A stretch of DNA of 31,853 nucleotides from the IMG/VR virus record IMGVR_UViG_3300016667_000081, positions 1 to 31,853 of that record; one strand, given 5' to 3'. The position numbers were made by a program, and so were the translations under genes. This DNA comes from a virus. Its lineage: Duplodnaviria; Caudoviricetes. Positions 23,856-31,853 of the stretch are shown here, in pieces; position 1 is the first letter of the stretch; each line of letters opens with the position of its first letter. The notes under the pieces were generated by a model that saw nothing but the letters and a program-made list of their open reading frames with translations, was not told the origin of the DNA and did no database searches.

Positions 23856-24118
23856 TATTTACGTTCCTGTTCAAGAATCTTGGTTATCTTGTCGTCGATT
23901 CTATTTAACATGATAATGAGTTTGTTTTCAAGCTGGGCCACAATCTCGCGGGTAGCAAAGTCCTTGTTGACCTGCGCGACATGTTCGAAGTGTTCGGCCT
24001 GGAGTTTGTCAAATTTTGCCATGATTGACGCAATCTCCCGGTGCAAGTACGCCGCATAGGCGAGCGACAACGGCCACAGAAACTTAACGATTACTTCCCA
24101 AAGCGCGTCGATTGCCAT
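23855..24118 (-). CDS. Small membrane-anchored coiled-coil protein (possible holin)
   Basis: One N-terminal hydrophobic segment followed by heptad pattern; AGGAG SD. Confidence 0.45.
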   Translation of the reverse strand: MAIDALWEVIVKFLWPLSLAYAAYLHREIASIMAKFDKLQAEHFEHVAQVNKDFATREIVAQLENKLIIMLNRIDDKITKILEQERK

Positions 24119-24128
24119 TGCCTACTCC

Positions 24129-24440
24129 TTAACGGGCGCCACTCATGGCCGGTGTCCAGACCGTTGGGGTGGCAATAATGTAGTTACCTTCCTCGGTAAG
24201 GAGGAAGCGACCGTCCTCGGTCATCAGGTATTGGGTTAGGTCGGCTTGCTGACGACCGTCCGGTACCAGCTTAGGATTGAGGCGCGGGACAGGCGGCTTA
24301 TTTTGTGGGTGCCGCTTCTTATCCCATTTGCCGTCGTAGCAGGATTCGCATGCCAACACGCCGGTTGCTTCCATGCGAAGATACTTAGAGTAGTATTTTT
24401 GGCCGCAGCGGTCACATAAGGACCATACCGGAATTGCCAT
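24129..24440 (-). CDS. CxxC-CxxC zinc-ribbon virion-module protein, paralog 2
   Basis: CDRCG...CESCYDG..D...HPQN plus C-terminal LMTEDGRFLLTEEG. Confidence 0.75.
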   Translation of the reverse strand: MAIPVWSLCDRCGQKYYSKYLRMEATGVLACESCYDGKWDKKRHPQNKPPVPRLNPKLVPDGRQQADLTQYLMTEDGRFLLTEEGNYIIATPTVWTPAMSGAR

Positions 24441-24443
24441 GGC

Positions 24444-24656
24444 TTAGTACTGGGTTTGGTCCGGGCGGGCGTTAGGAATAAGTTTCATTTCGCGCCGGGG
24501 CCGGGCCGAATAGTTTTGTGGATGGGACTGCAAATCGTAATGCCCATCGTAACAGGTCTTGCAGACTACGAAGTTTGTGGTTTCCTTGCGAACGTCGCGG
24601 CGCTTGTAGTTGAAGCCGCAGCGGTCACAGACTGTCCACATATCATAGACGGACAT
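24444..24656 (-). CDS. CxxC-CxxC zinc-ribbon virion-module protein, paralog 1
   Basis: CDRCG...CKTCYDG..D...HPQN; TAATG-coupled start. Confidence 0.75.
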   Translation of the reverse strand: MSVYDMWTVCDRCGFNYKRRDVRKETTNFVVCKTCYDGHYDLQSHPQNYSARPRREMKLIPNARPDQTQY

Positions 24657-25309
24657 TAGGGCTGCCCGGTCAGGGTGTTTTCGGGGGAGCCGCCCGACCT
24701 ATCAACAGTGTCGGAGCGCCGGCTGCGGCGAGCCTCGTTGTTGAGGGCCATCAGTTCTTCGTCGGCAATGCCCTTCCAGATGGCGGTGGCAGCGCCGTTC
24801 TTGGTCCACATGTTGGCATACATCATGGACGCATTGAAGAAGGCGGACTCCGCATTTTCGGAGAACCAGTTGGTGGGCGCGGCCGAAGACAGGGTGGTTA
24901 CGCGGGGCACGTATTCAACGAGAGCCTGCGCGTTGTAGGTGGGAGTAGGCGCCAAGTAGACTTGGGTGTTGTCCTTGGGCGCATAATATTTGGGCGTTGT
25001 GCAGGAGGTGAAGTCCGGCCAGTATGCCGTAAGGAATTCATTGTTCTGCTGTAGCAGGTTTATCCAACCTGCGCTAGTCTCGATTTGAAGGGATTTGAGG
25101 ACCATCAGATCGGACGGCAGGTTCAGGGTGCGCGTGGAGGCGGACACCGAAACGGAAGTGAAGCGATTGATCTGGATGGAATCAAGGCGCCGTTGCAGGT
25201 AGGCTTGCGCTCGCTCAACGATGGTAGGAAGCGCGGCAATGAACTCGGAGGAATCTTCCTCCATGTTCGCCTGGATATCGGCGATGAGGGTGCTATAGGT
25301 GTAGCCCAT
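24656..25309 (-). CDS. Head-tail adaptor / connector protein
   Basis: TYSTLI.DIQ..E...F...LP.IV..A, TPKYYA, LAPTP and TNW.SEN adaptor-like pattern; position after the capsid genes. Confidence 0.6.
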   Translation of the reverse strand: MGYTYSTLIADIQANMEEDSSEFIAALPTIVERAQAYLQRRLDSIQINRFTSVSVSASTRTLNLPSDLMVLKSLQIETSAGWINLLQQNNEFLTAYWPDFTSCTTPKYYAPKDNTQVYLAPTPTYNAQALVEYVPRVTTLSSAAPTNWFSENAESAFFNASMMYANMWTKNGAATAIWKGIADEELMALNNEARRSRRSDTVDRSGGSPENTLTGQP

Positions 25310-25974
25310 TAGCGCCTCCCGATACGGATGAAGACAGGGCCACGCTCGCGGTCTTCGCGCATAGCGGCCTTGAGTTCGGCTTCATAGTTGGCTTTGATGA
25401 ACTGGAGGCGCGTGTCGGGGACGCGGGCGCCGCGACGCAGGCCAATCCAGTAGGCAAGGCCATAGGTGATGGCGGGCAGGAAGCGCCGGGGAACGTCGAT
25501 CTGGTCAAAAGCCCGCACAGTATCTTCGGCGACCTTGTGGATGGTGAGGACGATATCATATTCTTGGTCGGGGATCGGCCACAGATTAAGGATGCCACCT
25601 TCGCGGCGCCGGTCGAACCAGTAAGTGGTGGGGCGGCCGACCTTGGTCTTGGCGGCGATTTCAGCCCAACGCTGGAAGCCGAAGCGATCCATCAGGTTGT
25701 CGGTGTAGTTCTGGCGAGAACTGCCCGAAAGAACGTCGAGGACAGTTTCGTCGAAGGAATAAGCGCCGACCGACGAAGAAGTGGGGATGATGGTAGTTTC
25801 GATTTTGTGCAGGAGAATGTTGTTGTTTTGGATGGAAATGAGCAGATTGTTGAGGCCGCGCTTAGCTGAAATGAGTTCATCAGCCAGAAGCGGGCCGCCA
25901 CCTACCATGTTCACGGCGTCCTGCAAAACATCGTCGAACGGAGGATCGTATTCTGTAATGCCACTCGTAGGCAA
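25309..25974 (-). CDS. Head-tail adaptor / connector protein (TTG start)
   Basis: MPTSG..., SAKRGLN.L, K...GRPT.YW.DR, WPIPD, DVP.RFLPAI..GLAY and A..EDRER; GAGGA SD. Confidence 0.6.
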   Translation of the reverse strand: MPTSGITEYDPPFDDVLQDAVNMVGGGPLLADELISAKRGLNNLLISIQNNNILLHKIETTIIPTSSSVGAYSFDETVLDVLSGSSRQNYTDNLMDRFGFQRWAEIAAKTKVGRPTTYWFDRRREGGILNLWPIPDQEYDIVLTIHKVAEDTVRAFDQIDVPRRFLPAITYGLAYWIGLRRGARVPDTRLQFIKANYEAELKAAMREDRERGPVFIRIGRR

Positions 25975-25994
25975 TGCCGTATCCTCTCAAAGTG

Positions 25995-26015
25995 AAGGGG
26001 CCTGTTGGCCCCCTT
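25995..26015 (-). terminator. GC-rich hairpin immediately after the 26014-26325 gene
   Basis: Minus strand GGGGCC-AACA-GGCCCC followed by TTCACTTT. Confidence 0.45.
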
Positions 26016-26325
26016 AGACTACGCCAACAATGGTGATGATAGGACCGCCACCTGCGTAGGAAGTTCGAACGAATGGGACTTCCTTAATGGTTTCGACGAT
26101 GGTCGTCGTGCAGCCGGAAGTCACTTCCGCGATGGCAATCCACGGGCCGGTGGAGGTAGGCGCACCTTCGATGAAGATGGAAGGACCAGTCGCGGCGCTT
26201 TTAACGACGAAGAAGGTACGAACGCGCACACCACCGAAACGATAGTCAACGTCGATGGGATTGCTGGTCGTGGTCGCCGACGTGCTAGTCTGGAAGTTAA
26301 CTACGCGAATTACATTTGCGGACAT
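26014..26325 (-). CDS. Small Thr-rich beta-strand virion protein
   Basis: AAGGA SD; head-module position; beta-sandwich-like composition. Confidence 0.65.
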   Translation of the reverse strand: MSANVIRVVNFQTSTSATTTSNPIDVDYRFGGVRVRTFFVVKSAATGPSIFIEGAPTSTGPWIAIAEVTSGCTTTIVETIKEVPFVRTSYAGGGPIITIVGVV

Positions 26326-26343
26326 TTGTGCGGCTTCCTTAAC

Positions 26344-26380
26344 AGGAAGGGCAACCCGACCGAAGCCGGGCGCCCAACCT
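26344..26380 (-). terminator. cUUCGg-capped hairpin after the 26383-26829 gene
   Basis: Minus strand GGGC-GCCCGGC-TTCG-GTCGGGT-TGCCC with only a weak U-tract. Confidence 0.5.
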
Positions 26381-26382
26381 GA

Positions 26383-26829
26383 TTACTGAATGACGACGTG
26401 AACGATCACGGAGCCGGTCGTCACCGCAGAAGTGGTGATCGACACGATAGCCTGCACCGTGGTATCCGCCGTCAGCGCAATGCTGTTGGTGGAAACCTGG
26501 GCCGCAGTACCGGCATAGTTGCGGCGACCTTCCGTATTCACGGTGGTAGCAGCGTACAGAATAGCCGGGTTGGCGGCGGTGCCGACCGTGAGGTTCACAC
26601 CAGCGGTGTTGTCAAACGCCGTGGTAATGTCCAGCACGCACTCGTAGAAGGTGGAACCGGCCGGAGCCACGAACATGGGGATCGTGGTGGTGCCAGCAGC
26701 GGTGCCAGTCTTGGCCGTATTAACAACGAAGGAATAACGGGAAGGAACCCGCGAATCCTGCATGTTAATGGCATCACCCGAAATGTGTTCGTGGCGGCCA
26801 ATGTTGACGGGAAAGCTAAAAGTAGTCAT
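26383..26829 (-). CDS. Thr-rich virion protein (capsid decoration-like)
   Basis: Directly after the major capsid gene with strong AAGGAG SD; LDITTAFD...LTVGT pattern; about a quarter Ser+Thr. Confidence 0.65.
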   Translation of the reverse strand: MTTFSFPVNIGRHEHISGDAINMQDSRVPSRYSFVVNTAKTGTAAGTTTIPMFVAPAGSTFYECVLDITTAFDNTAGVNLTVGTAANPAILYAATTVNTEGRRNYAGTAAQVSTNSIALTADTTVQAIVSITTSAVTTGSVIVHVVIQ

Positions 26830-26854
26830 TCTGATTCTCCTTCAAAGGAACGGG

Positions 26855-26876
26855 GAAGGGGGCCGAAGCCCCCCTC
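26855..26876 (-). terminator. cUUCGg-capped hairpin after the major capsid gene
   Basis: Minus strand GAGGGGGGC-TTCG-GCCCCCTTC followed by an imperfect pyrimidine tract. Confidence 0.6.
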
Positions 26877-26881
26877 GCCTA

Positions 26882-27799
26882 TTAGGTGGAACCAGAAGAA
26901 CCGTACCACTGACGCCAATCGGCCCAGCCGAAGCTGTAACGTTCGCGCGCCTTGTAGCGCATGTTGCCCGTCAGGAAGTCAACGTCGTCCTTAGTGGCAA
27001 GCGGCGCACGCACAAACATCTTCGTGCCATTCGGAACGTCCGTGCGGATGAACCAGGCATTGGTGTCGGTGAAGCGGTGGTTGACCGTGTAGCCCTTGGA
27101 GAACAGGCCCATGTCCTTCATCGCGTTGATATCGTTATCCGCAGTACCGACACGCAGGTCGCTAAAGAGGATACGCTGGGCGACGAACTGAAGCTGCGGC
27201 GGAATATGCAGCGACTGAGCCTGGGCACCGATCAGGATACCACGGTCGTCCTTGGTCAGGCTGATGTTGATCAGCGCATTCTCAAGGGCAGTTTCGGACA
27301 AGTCGGCCGAAACCTTATTCGACTGGTTACCGGCGGCCAGGGTGGAGTGCGAGGCCGAGAACAGCGGCTGGCCGTCACCGCCCGCATACAGGGCGCTGGT
27401 GGAGAAGCCGTTGTTAAAGACGTTCGCAGCCTTGACCTGCTTGGCGTTAGCCATCGCGCGGCCCATAGCATTCGCCTTCAGCTTACCGGTCGTGCCATAG
27501 AGGTTGTCCTCGATAGCTTCTTCGGTAATGGCGAAGGCCATCGCCACGGTCTCGTGGGTCCAGCGGCTGGTCCACGCTTCAGTGGCGGTGTCGAAGAACA
27601 CCTGATCGCCTTCAGTCTTGACCGGCGCGGTGCCGAAGCCCGTCATCAGGACTTCTTCTTCGAAGGAACGCTCGGACTTTTCAATGTCGAAAAGCGGCGT
27701 ATGCTCGTTGTCAATCTGCTTATACGCGGTGCCGAAGATAGCATTCAGCCCCGGGATAAGCTGCTTGGCAAATTGAGCGCGAGTTAGAATAGCAGCCAT
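26882..27799 (-). CDS. Major capsid protein (HK97 fold, Mu gpT-like)
   Basis: RAQFAKQLIPGLNA.FG..Y, SERSFEEEV..GFG.APVK.EG, HETVA.AFAITEEAIEDNLY, GGDG..LFS..H, LHIPP.L and GNMRYKARERYSFG. Confidence 0.93.
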   Translation of the reverse strand: MAAILTRAQFAKQLIPGLNAIFGTAYKQIDNEHTPLFDIEKSERSFEEEVLMTGFGTAPVKTEGDQVFFDTATEAWTSRWTHETVAMAFAITEEAIEDNLYGTTGKLKANAMGRAMANAKQVKAANVFNNGFSTSALYAGGDGQPLFSASHSTLAAGNQSNKVSADLSETALENALINISLTKDDRGILIGAQAQSLHIPPQLQFVAQRILFSDLRVGTADNDINAMKDMGLFSKGYTVNHRFTDTNAWFIRTDVPNGTKMFVRAPLATKDDVDFLTGNMRYKARERYSFGWADWRQWYGSSGST

Positions 27800-27814
27800 A
27801 TTATATTACCCCTA

Positions 27815-28408
27815 TTAAGCCGCAGAGACTTGATCGAGGATCGGGCCGTTCAGCTTGACAACCACGATGGGGTACGGATCGCCCCACGCATTGTCAACGA
27901 TACGGGCAATACCGATCAGCTTCAGCGCGGTGCCGACAGCGGACGTGCGGCTGGACGCCTTCAGCGCGTAGCGGGAAACGCCGTACACCGAATCAACGTC
28001 GCCGCTGGCAGCGGTCACGTCGAAGTTCAGACCCAGGTCGCCCGCCGTAACGGAAGCGTCAGCCTGGATAATGAACTCGGCATGCGGGTTGTCCACCACA
28101 TAGGCCGTCGGACGGTTGTCGCCGTCGTAGTAGCCAGCGGAGCTAGTATCAGCCGGGATGTAGTTCTGCAGAACCGGGCGCTTCGTGGTCGGGTCGATCC
28201 ACGCAAAGCCGGCAGCAACACCCAGCAGCGGGCCGCCGCCCGTACCAGCAGAAACGATAACACCGCCGCTCAGCTTGACGGGGCTGCCCTTACCAAGATC
28301 GGGGCAGTTAGCGCCATTCGGCAGCGGGTAGGCGCGGACTTCGTTGCCATGCGTGCCAAGGGCAGCCACGGCGCGGAGTCCAAACGGGGCAAAAGACTGT
28401 GCCACCAT
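27815..28408 (-). CDS. Conserved head-module protein (probable capsid decoration/cement)
   Basis: APFGLR.V N-terminus and AYVVDNP..EF.IQAD; directly upstream of the major capsid gene; AGGAGG SD. Confidence 0.65.
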   Translation of the reverse strand: MVAQSFAPFGLRAVAALGTHGNEVRAYPLPNGANCPDLGKGSPVKLSGGVIVSAGTGGGPLLGVAAGFAWIDPTTKRPVLQNYIPADTSSAGYYDGDNRPTAYVVDNPHAEFIIQADASVTAGDLGLNFDVTAASGDVDSVYGVSRYALKASSRTSAVGTALKLIGIARIVDNAWGDPYPIVVVKLNGPILDQVSAA

Positions 28409-28424
28409 ATCCTCCTAATGTTGT

Positions 28425-28919
28425 TTATCCAAATGAGGGTCGGCGCCCTCGGGAATACCGTTTGGTACTTTCGTTAGCGAGTTTGACCACCCCGCCTCGG
28501 CCATCTTCGTAGCTGATCGTCTTAAGGTCGAATGCCTGTTCAGCGTGGTTGGCCCGATCTTCGGACCACTTCTGAATGGCTTCCGCACGCTTTCGCGGCA
28601 GCTTCGCAAGCACAAGGTCACCGTTGATGGCGGTACCGGCCAACGAGGAAATCTTCGAGTCCAGGCCGGGGAAAACGTAGCCAGGAGGAACTTCCTCCAA
28701 CGGCACGAATGCCCACCCCTCCCTCATGCGCGCCGAGATGCTATTATAGTCATCTGAACTGCCTACCCGAAAACGAATCCAGCGGTAAACGTACTGGTCC
28801 TCGTCCGGCATAGGCGGAATTTCAAGCGCGTTAGGCGGATTATACTCTTCTTCTAGAGAATTTTCAAGTGCTTCATCTTGTGCATTCTTGTTAAATTCAA
28901 GAAACTGTTTACGTGCCAT
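28425..28919 (-). CDS. Conserved head-module hypothetical protein
   Basis: YRWIR....D..S...REGW.FV...GDLVLAK.P pattern typical of the gene between scaffold and capsid; TAATG coupling. Confidence 0.7.
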   Translation of the reverse strand: MARKQFLEFNKNAQDEALENSLEEEYNPPNALEIPPMPDEDQYVYRWIRFRVGSSDDYNSISARMREGWAFVPLEEVPPGYVFPGLDSKISSLAGTAINGDLVLAKLPRKRAEAIQKWSEDRANHAEQAFDLKTISYEDGRGGVVKLANESTKRYSRGRRPSFG

Positions 28920-29917
28920 TAGAAAATCTCCGTATATTGATTGGCAGTATTAGCAGCTCGTTCGCGCTTGGCCTTCTCGCGCGCGTAGTCGGTGATGCTA
29001 ATGCCCAGATGGTTTGCCATTTCTCGGTCGGCCTGCGTAATAGTGACGCGTACCTTACCATTCGAACCCGGAACGACACCGGCCCGATTTTGGACAGTCG
29101 GGGCCGCAGCCTTGCGGGCCGGGGCAGGAGCCTCACCAAACTTGTGTGGCATTTCCCGGCGAATCCGCTTATCGAGTTCGTCGAAGTAGTCGGGTTCAGT
29201 CGGATTGAAACCTTCCTGCACCATCTGCTGATCGACAGCGCGGGCAGCCGCCGTCATAACGGGGTCGGTGTTGAACCAGGACTTGTTGCGTTCCAGCCAT
29301 TCAAGGGCGAATGGATTGGGCCGGTTAGTAGGCTGCGTCTGCTGGGTCTGCTGCGGGGCTTCCTGTCCAGCCGGCGCCGCAGCCTTGGTAGGGATCGAAC
29401 GCCTATCCCGTTCAGCCTGCTTCTTTTCGGCAGCCAGTTCAGCCATGCGCTGCTGAACTTCGAAAATCTTTTCGCGGTTGCCTTCGTCGAAAGCCGTATC
29501 GAATTCACGACGCAACGATTGCATGTCAGCGTCAATGGACTTGATATACATATCCATGCCGATAGAGGCGCCTTCTGTGGCGTCCCTCTCGAACTTGGAT
29601 GCGCGTTCCTCAGCCGACCGCAGGCGGTCCTGCATTTCTGCAAGCTGCCTGGCATAGTTGTCGCGCTGCGTCTTAAGGCGCTGGGAGCGCGACAGCTTCT
29701 TCTTAGAATCGCCTTGACTGTCGCTATCGGCCGCGCTATCTTCATCAGCGTCGTCATCGTCCTCGGCCACAGCGGCCTTGGTCTTGGCGACAGGAGCGGG
29801 AGCTTCTTCCTCGGCGACTTCTACTTCTGGATTCTCTTCGACGATCTCGATGTCGGAAGGAATTTCAGCGGAACCAAGATTGTCGAGGTCGATCTCTTGA
29901 TATTGTGAATCAGACAT
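28919..29917 (-). CDS. Capsid scaffolding protein (putative)
   Basis: Acidic N-terminus, long coiled coil, [25 protein letters not shown] and C-terminal A.HLGIS..DYAREK. Confidence 0.7.
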   Translation of the reverse strand: MSDSQYQEIDLDNLGSAEIPSDIEIVEENPEVEVAEEEAPAPVAKTKAAVAEDDDDADEDSAADSDSQGDSKKKLSRSQRLKTQRDNYARQLAEMQDRLRSAEERASKFERDATEGASIGMDMYIKSIDADMQSLRREFDTAFDEGNREKIFEVQQRMAELAAEKKQAERDRRSIPTKAAAPAGQEAPQQTQQTQPTNRPNPFALEWLERNKSWFNTDPVMTAAARAVDQQMVQEGFNPTEPDYFDELDKRIRREMPHKFGEAPAPARKAAAPTVQNRAGVVPGSNGKVRVTITQADREMANHLGISITDYAREKAKRERAANTANQYTEIF

Positions 29918-29920
29918 TTA

Positions 29921-30337
29921 TCATTCCTTGAAATTGCTATCGAGGTATTCTGGCTTTTCAACAACCAGTTCGATAGCGGAAGCTTTGACCAGAAGGATTT
30001 TGACGCCCTTCCACCAGAGCTTCTGACCGGCAAACTTGGAGTAGACGATGTAATCGCCAGGCTTGACCCACGGGCCATTCCGGTAGATTTCTTCGTCCTT
30101 GAAGGCTAGTTCGCCGAGAGCGAGAACGCGACCCACCGTATTCAGGTGTTCGCGGTCTTCGCGGAAAGTGTCGGGGAGCAGGATACCGCCAGAACTCTTG
30201 CGCCGGATAGGAACTGGGCGAACAAGAATCCCCACGCCGGGAATCCTGGGCAGCGGAGACGGGTCGGCAACTTCATCGCCGGTCATCCACTGGTCGTTTG
30301 GAATAGCACCGTCAGCCGGGCTGCGAGTTGTAAGCAT
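29921..30337 (-). CDS. groES: Co-chaperonin GroES (Cpn10)
   Basis: ILVRP....KSSGGILLP mobile loop, GRVLALG, VKPGD.IVYSKFAG. Confidence 0.88.
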   Translation of the reverse strand: MLTTRSPADGAIPNDQWMTGDEVADPSPLPRIPGVGILVRPVPIRRKSSGGILLPDTFREDREHLNTVGRVLALGELAFKDEEIYRNGPWVKPGDYIVYSKFAGQKLWWKGVKILLVKASAIELVVEKPEYLDSNFKE

Positions 30338-30528
30338 TAGTTCCTTTCCTCTGAAGGCTTTTGTTCAACAAGTTCCTTGAGCAGCGAGCCTGCCATCTCA
30401 AGGCCACGAATGACCCCGCATGCCCTCGTGTATTCATCGAAGGTGCGCGCGGAGCCTCGGGCGAGAGCATCACGCTCCCGCTCGATACGCTTCTGAATTT
30501 CAGCTAGGTATTCAGATAGTAGTGTCAT
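30337..30528 (-). CDS. Hypothetical protein (63 aa)
   Basis: L..G.A.TFDEY...CG.IRGL pattern typical of the gene preceding phage groES; overlaps both neighbours. Confidence 0.7.
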   Translation of the reverse strand: MTLLSEYLAEIQKRIERERDALARGSARTFDEYTRACGVIRGLEMAGSLLKELVEQKPSEERN

Positions 30529-31853
30529 TCAGGATAATTAGAGACTCGTTCCTGTAGTTTCTTCTGCTGAGTCTGAGCCATCTTAGCTGAATTGTCAAGC
30601 AATTTCCCAGCACTCTCAAGCTGTAGCTTGCGCTTCTTATCTTCAGCATCAAGCAACATGCCAGTTTCCTTCAGGTCCAGTTCCCGCGTCTTAAGCGCCA
30701 GCTTGGCAGCTTCACGGGTATCCTGAGACTGAATACGGGCGGCAGCCAGTTGCAGTTCCTGCTTATTGATTTCAAGCATTTGCTGCTCCACGTCCGGCTT
30801 GCCCTGGCCCTGCGCGCCTTCAGCGGACTGCGCCACCAGTTGCTGGGCGATGGCGGCCTGGATGTTCTCGTCCTGGGCTGGCATGCCAGACTGCTGAGCG
30901 GCCTGCATGATCTGCGCCACGAACATCAGGGTCTTATGCTCCGCGATATTAGCAGCAAGCAGTTGCTTGCCGACTGCTACGGTCGGATCATTAGTGCCCT
31001 GCATCTGCGGCGTTTGCAGGAAGGCCGTCTTAACCATGATATGGGCCTGATGGTTCTGACCTAATACAGCCTTAATAGGCTTACCCTGCATAACGGTCTG
31101 GATTTCGGTCAGGGGGTCCGCCGAAATAGCCTTGGCTTCCGGGTTAGCCAGCAGCTTGTCGTAGCTGTCGGTGCCCATAGCGGAGTAGAAGCGCCGCAAA
31201 GCCTCGGTCATATCGTGGAGTTGCGGGAAGCGGGCAGCCATTTCCAGTTCGATCTGGGCGCGGGCAACTCGCTGGCTTTCGGTCTGAGCGTTTGGATCGG
31301 AAGCCGGAATGATATCCACGATGGTAGGATTGAAGTCGTCGCGCCTAACATATTCGTTAGCTTCGCCGACCACGTAGTTGATTACTTCGGGCAGGTTCTC
31401 GTAGTTGAGGTCGCCCATCAACCGGAAGAACTCGTGCTGGCTTTGGTGTAGGCGCTTGTGGATGGACGAATAGAACCGCTGGCCCGCTTCCATCATAGCC
31501 AGGGTGGTAGCGGCCGGACCATAGTTGGTGCCGTTCTGCACAATCTCATCGGCCGCATCAGCAAACTTCTGGCCGGAGCCGACCATGAACTTAAGAAGTT
31601 CAAAGAGGGTGGCTGAGGGCTGGCTGGTTGGCAGGGGGAGGAAGGCTTTCTGGAGTTCTTCGGGCGACAGGTTCACGTCACGGAATTCACCGAAACCAAG
31701 TGGTGAATTGCTGTTGGAGAACTTGGCGTCCTGAGACTTGAAGCCCGCCTGCCAGTTGGCGTACTGACCAGCATCGACCAGCGAGCGGAGGGCCGCCGTG
31801 GAAGCTGCCGTCAGGTCGCCGATCAGGTGGACGTAGCCCAGCGAATAGAAGCC
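30525..31853 (-). CDS. Portal protein (P22-like), 5'-truncated by the window
   Basis: Frame stays open to the window edge: GFYSLGYVHLIG...LRSLVDAG..AN..AGFK...GEFRDV, then LP...PS.TL..LL.F.V, SSIHKRLH.SQ..EF, DIIPASDPN and QNHQAHI..K. Confidence 0.88.
   Translation of the reverse strand, partial: GFYSLGYVHLIGDLTAASTAALRSLVDAGQYANWQAGFKSQDAKFSNSNSPLGFGEFRDVNLSPEELQKAFLPLPTSQPSATLFELLKFMVGSGQKFADAADEIVQNGTNYGPAATTLAMMEAGQRFYSSIHKRLHQSQHEFFRLMGDLNYENLPEVINYVVGEANEYVRRDDFNPTIVDIIPASDPNAQTESQRVARAQIELEMAARFPQLHDMTEALRRFYSAMGTDSYDKLLANPEAKAISADPLTEIQTVMQGKPIKAVLGQNHQAHIMVKTAFLQTPQMQGTNDPTVAVGKQLLAANIAEHKTLMFVAQIMQAAQQSGMPAQDENIQAAIAQQLVAQSAEGAQGQGKPDVEQQMLEINKQELQLAAARIQSQDTREAAKLALKTRELDLKETGMLLDAEDKKRKLQLESAGKLLDNSAKMAQTQQKKLQERVSNYPE

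Noticed and set aside
17707-27817. TAATAGG tandem stops after three - strand genes as a recoding or regulatory signal
   Set aside because: Explained by a double stop merging into a purine-rich SD. All three stop codons end normal genes and ORFs are full length, so there is no sign of codon reassignment.
6637-31734. Many + strand ORFs opposite the virion module (e.g. 26762-27787, 28913-29908, 9585-10337, 14322-15089)
   Set aside because: They lie antisense to well-supported genes, have no recognisable motifs, and are expected shadows of GC-rich codon usage.
1-31853. tRNA, integrase/att site, endolysin, terminase or intron/intein
   Set aside because: None recognisable; intergenic gaps are too short for tRNAs, and these genes may lie outside the window.

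Overview
A 31.9-kb fragment of a tailed dsDNA phage (Caudoviricetes). The virion module looks podovirus/P22-like and is cut at both ends; a proteobacterial host is a guess. The + strand (1-3825) carries the end of a replication/nucleotide module: partial family A DNA polymerase, PD-(D/E)xK nuclease, dUTPase, a DUF5664-type diphosphohydrolase and a metallophosphoesterase. A separately promoted run of seven small Lys-rich genes follows (3844-6146), with a repeated [MYKA]-x-x-G-G motif. The - strand (31853 to 6124) carries the virion module: portal, GroES, scaffold, major capsid, adaptors, tail proteins, ejection proteins and a 2420-aa polyvalent internal protein. It ends in a separately promoted glycosyltransferase/methyltransferase/Maf-like/GNAT cassette. 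The strongest candidates for undescribed biology are (1) the xxGG basic-protein array plus a possible cognate processing domain at 19096-19665, (2) a GHKL ATPase + HEXXH zincin module inside the presumably ejected giant protein, and (3) a five-activity glycosylation cassette. All family calls come from motif recognition by eye; no searches were run.
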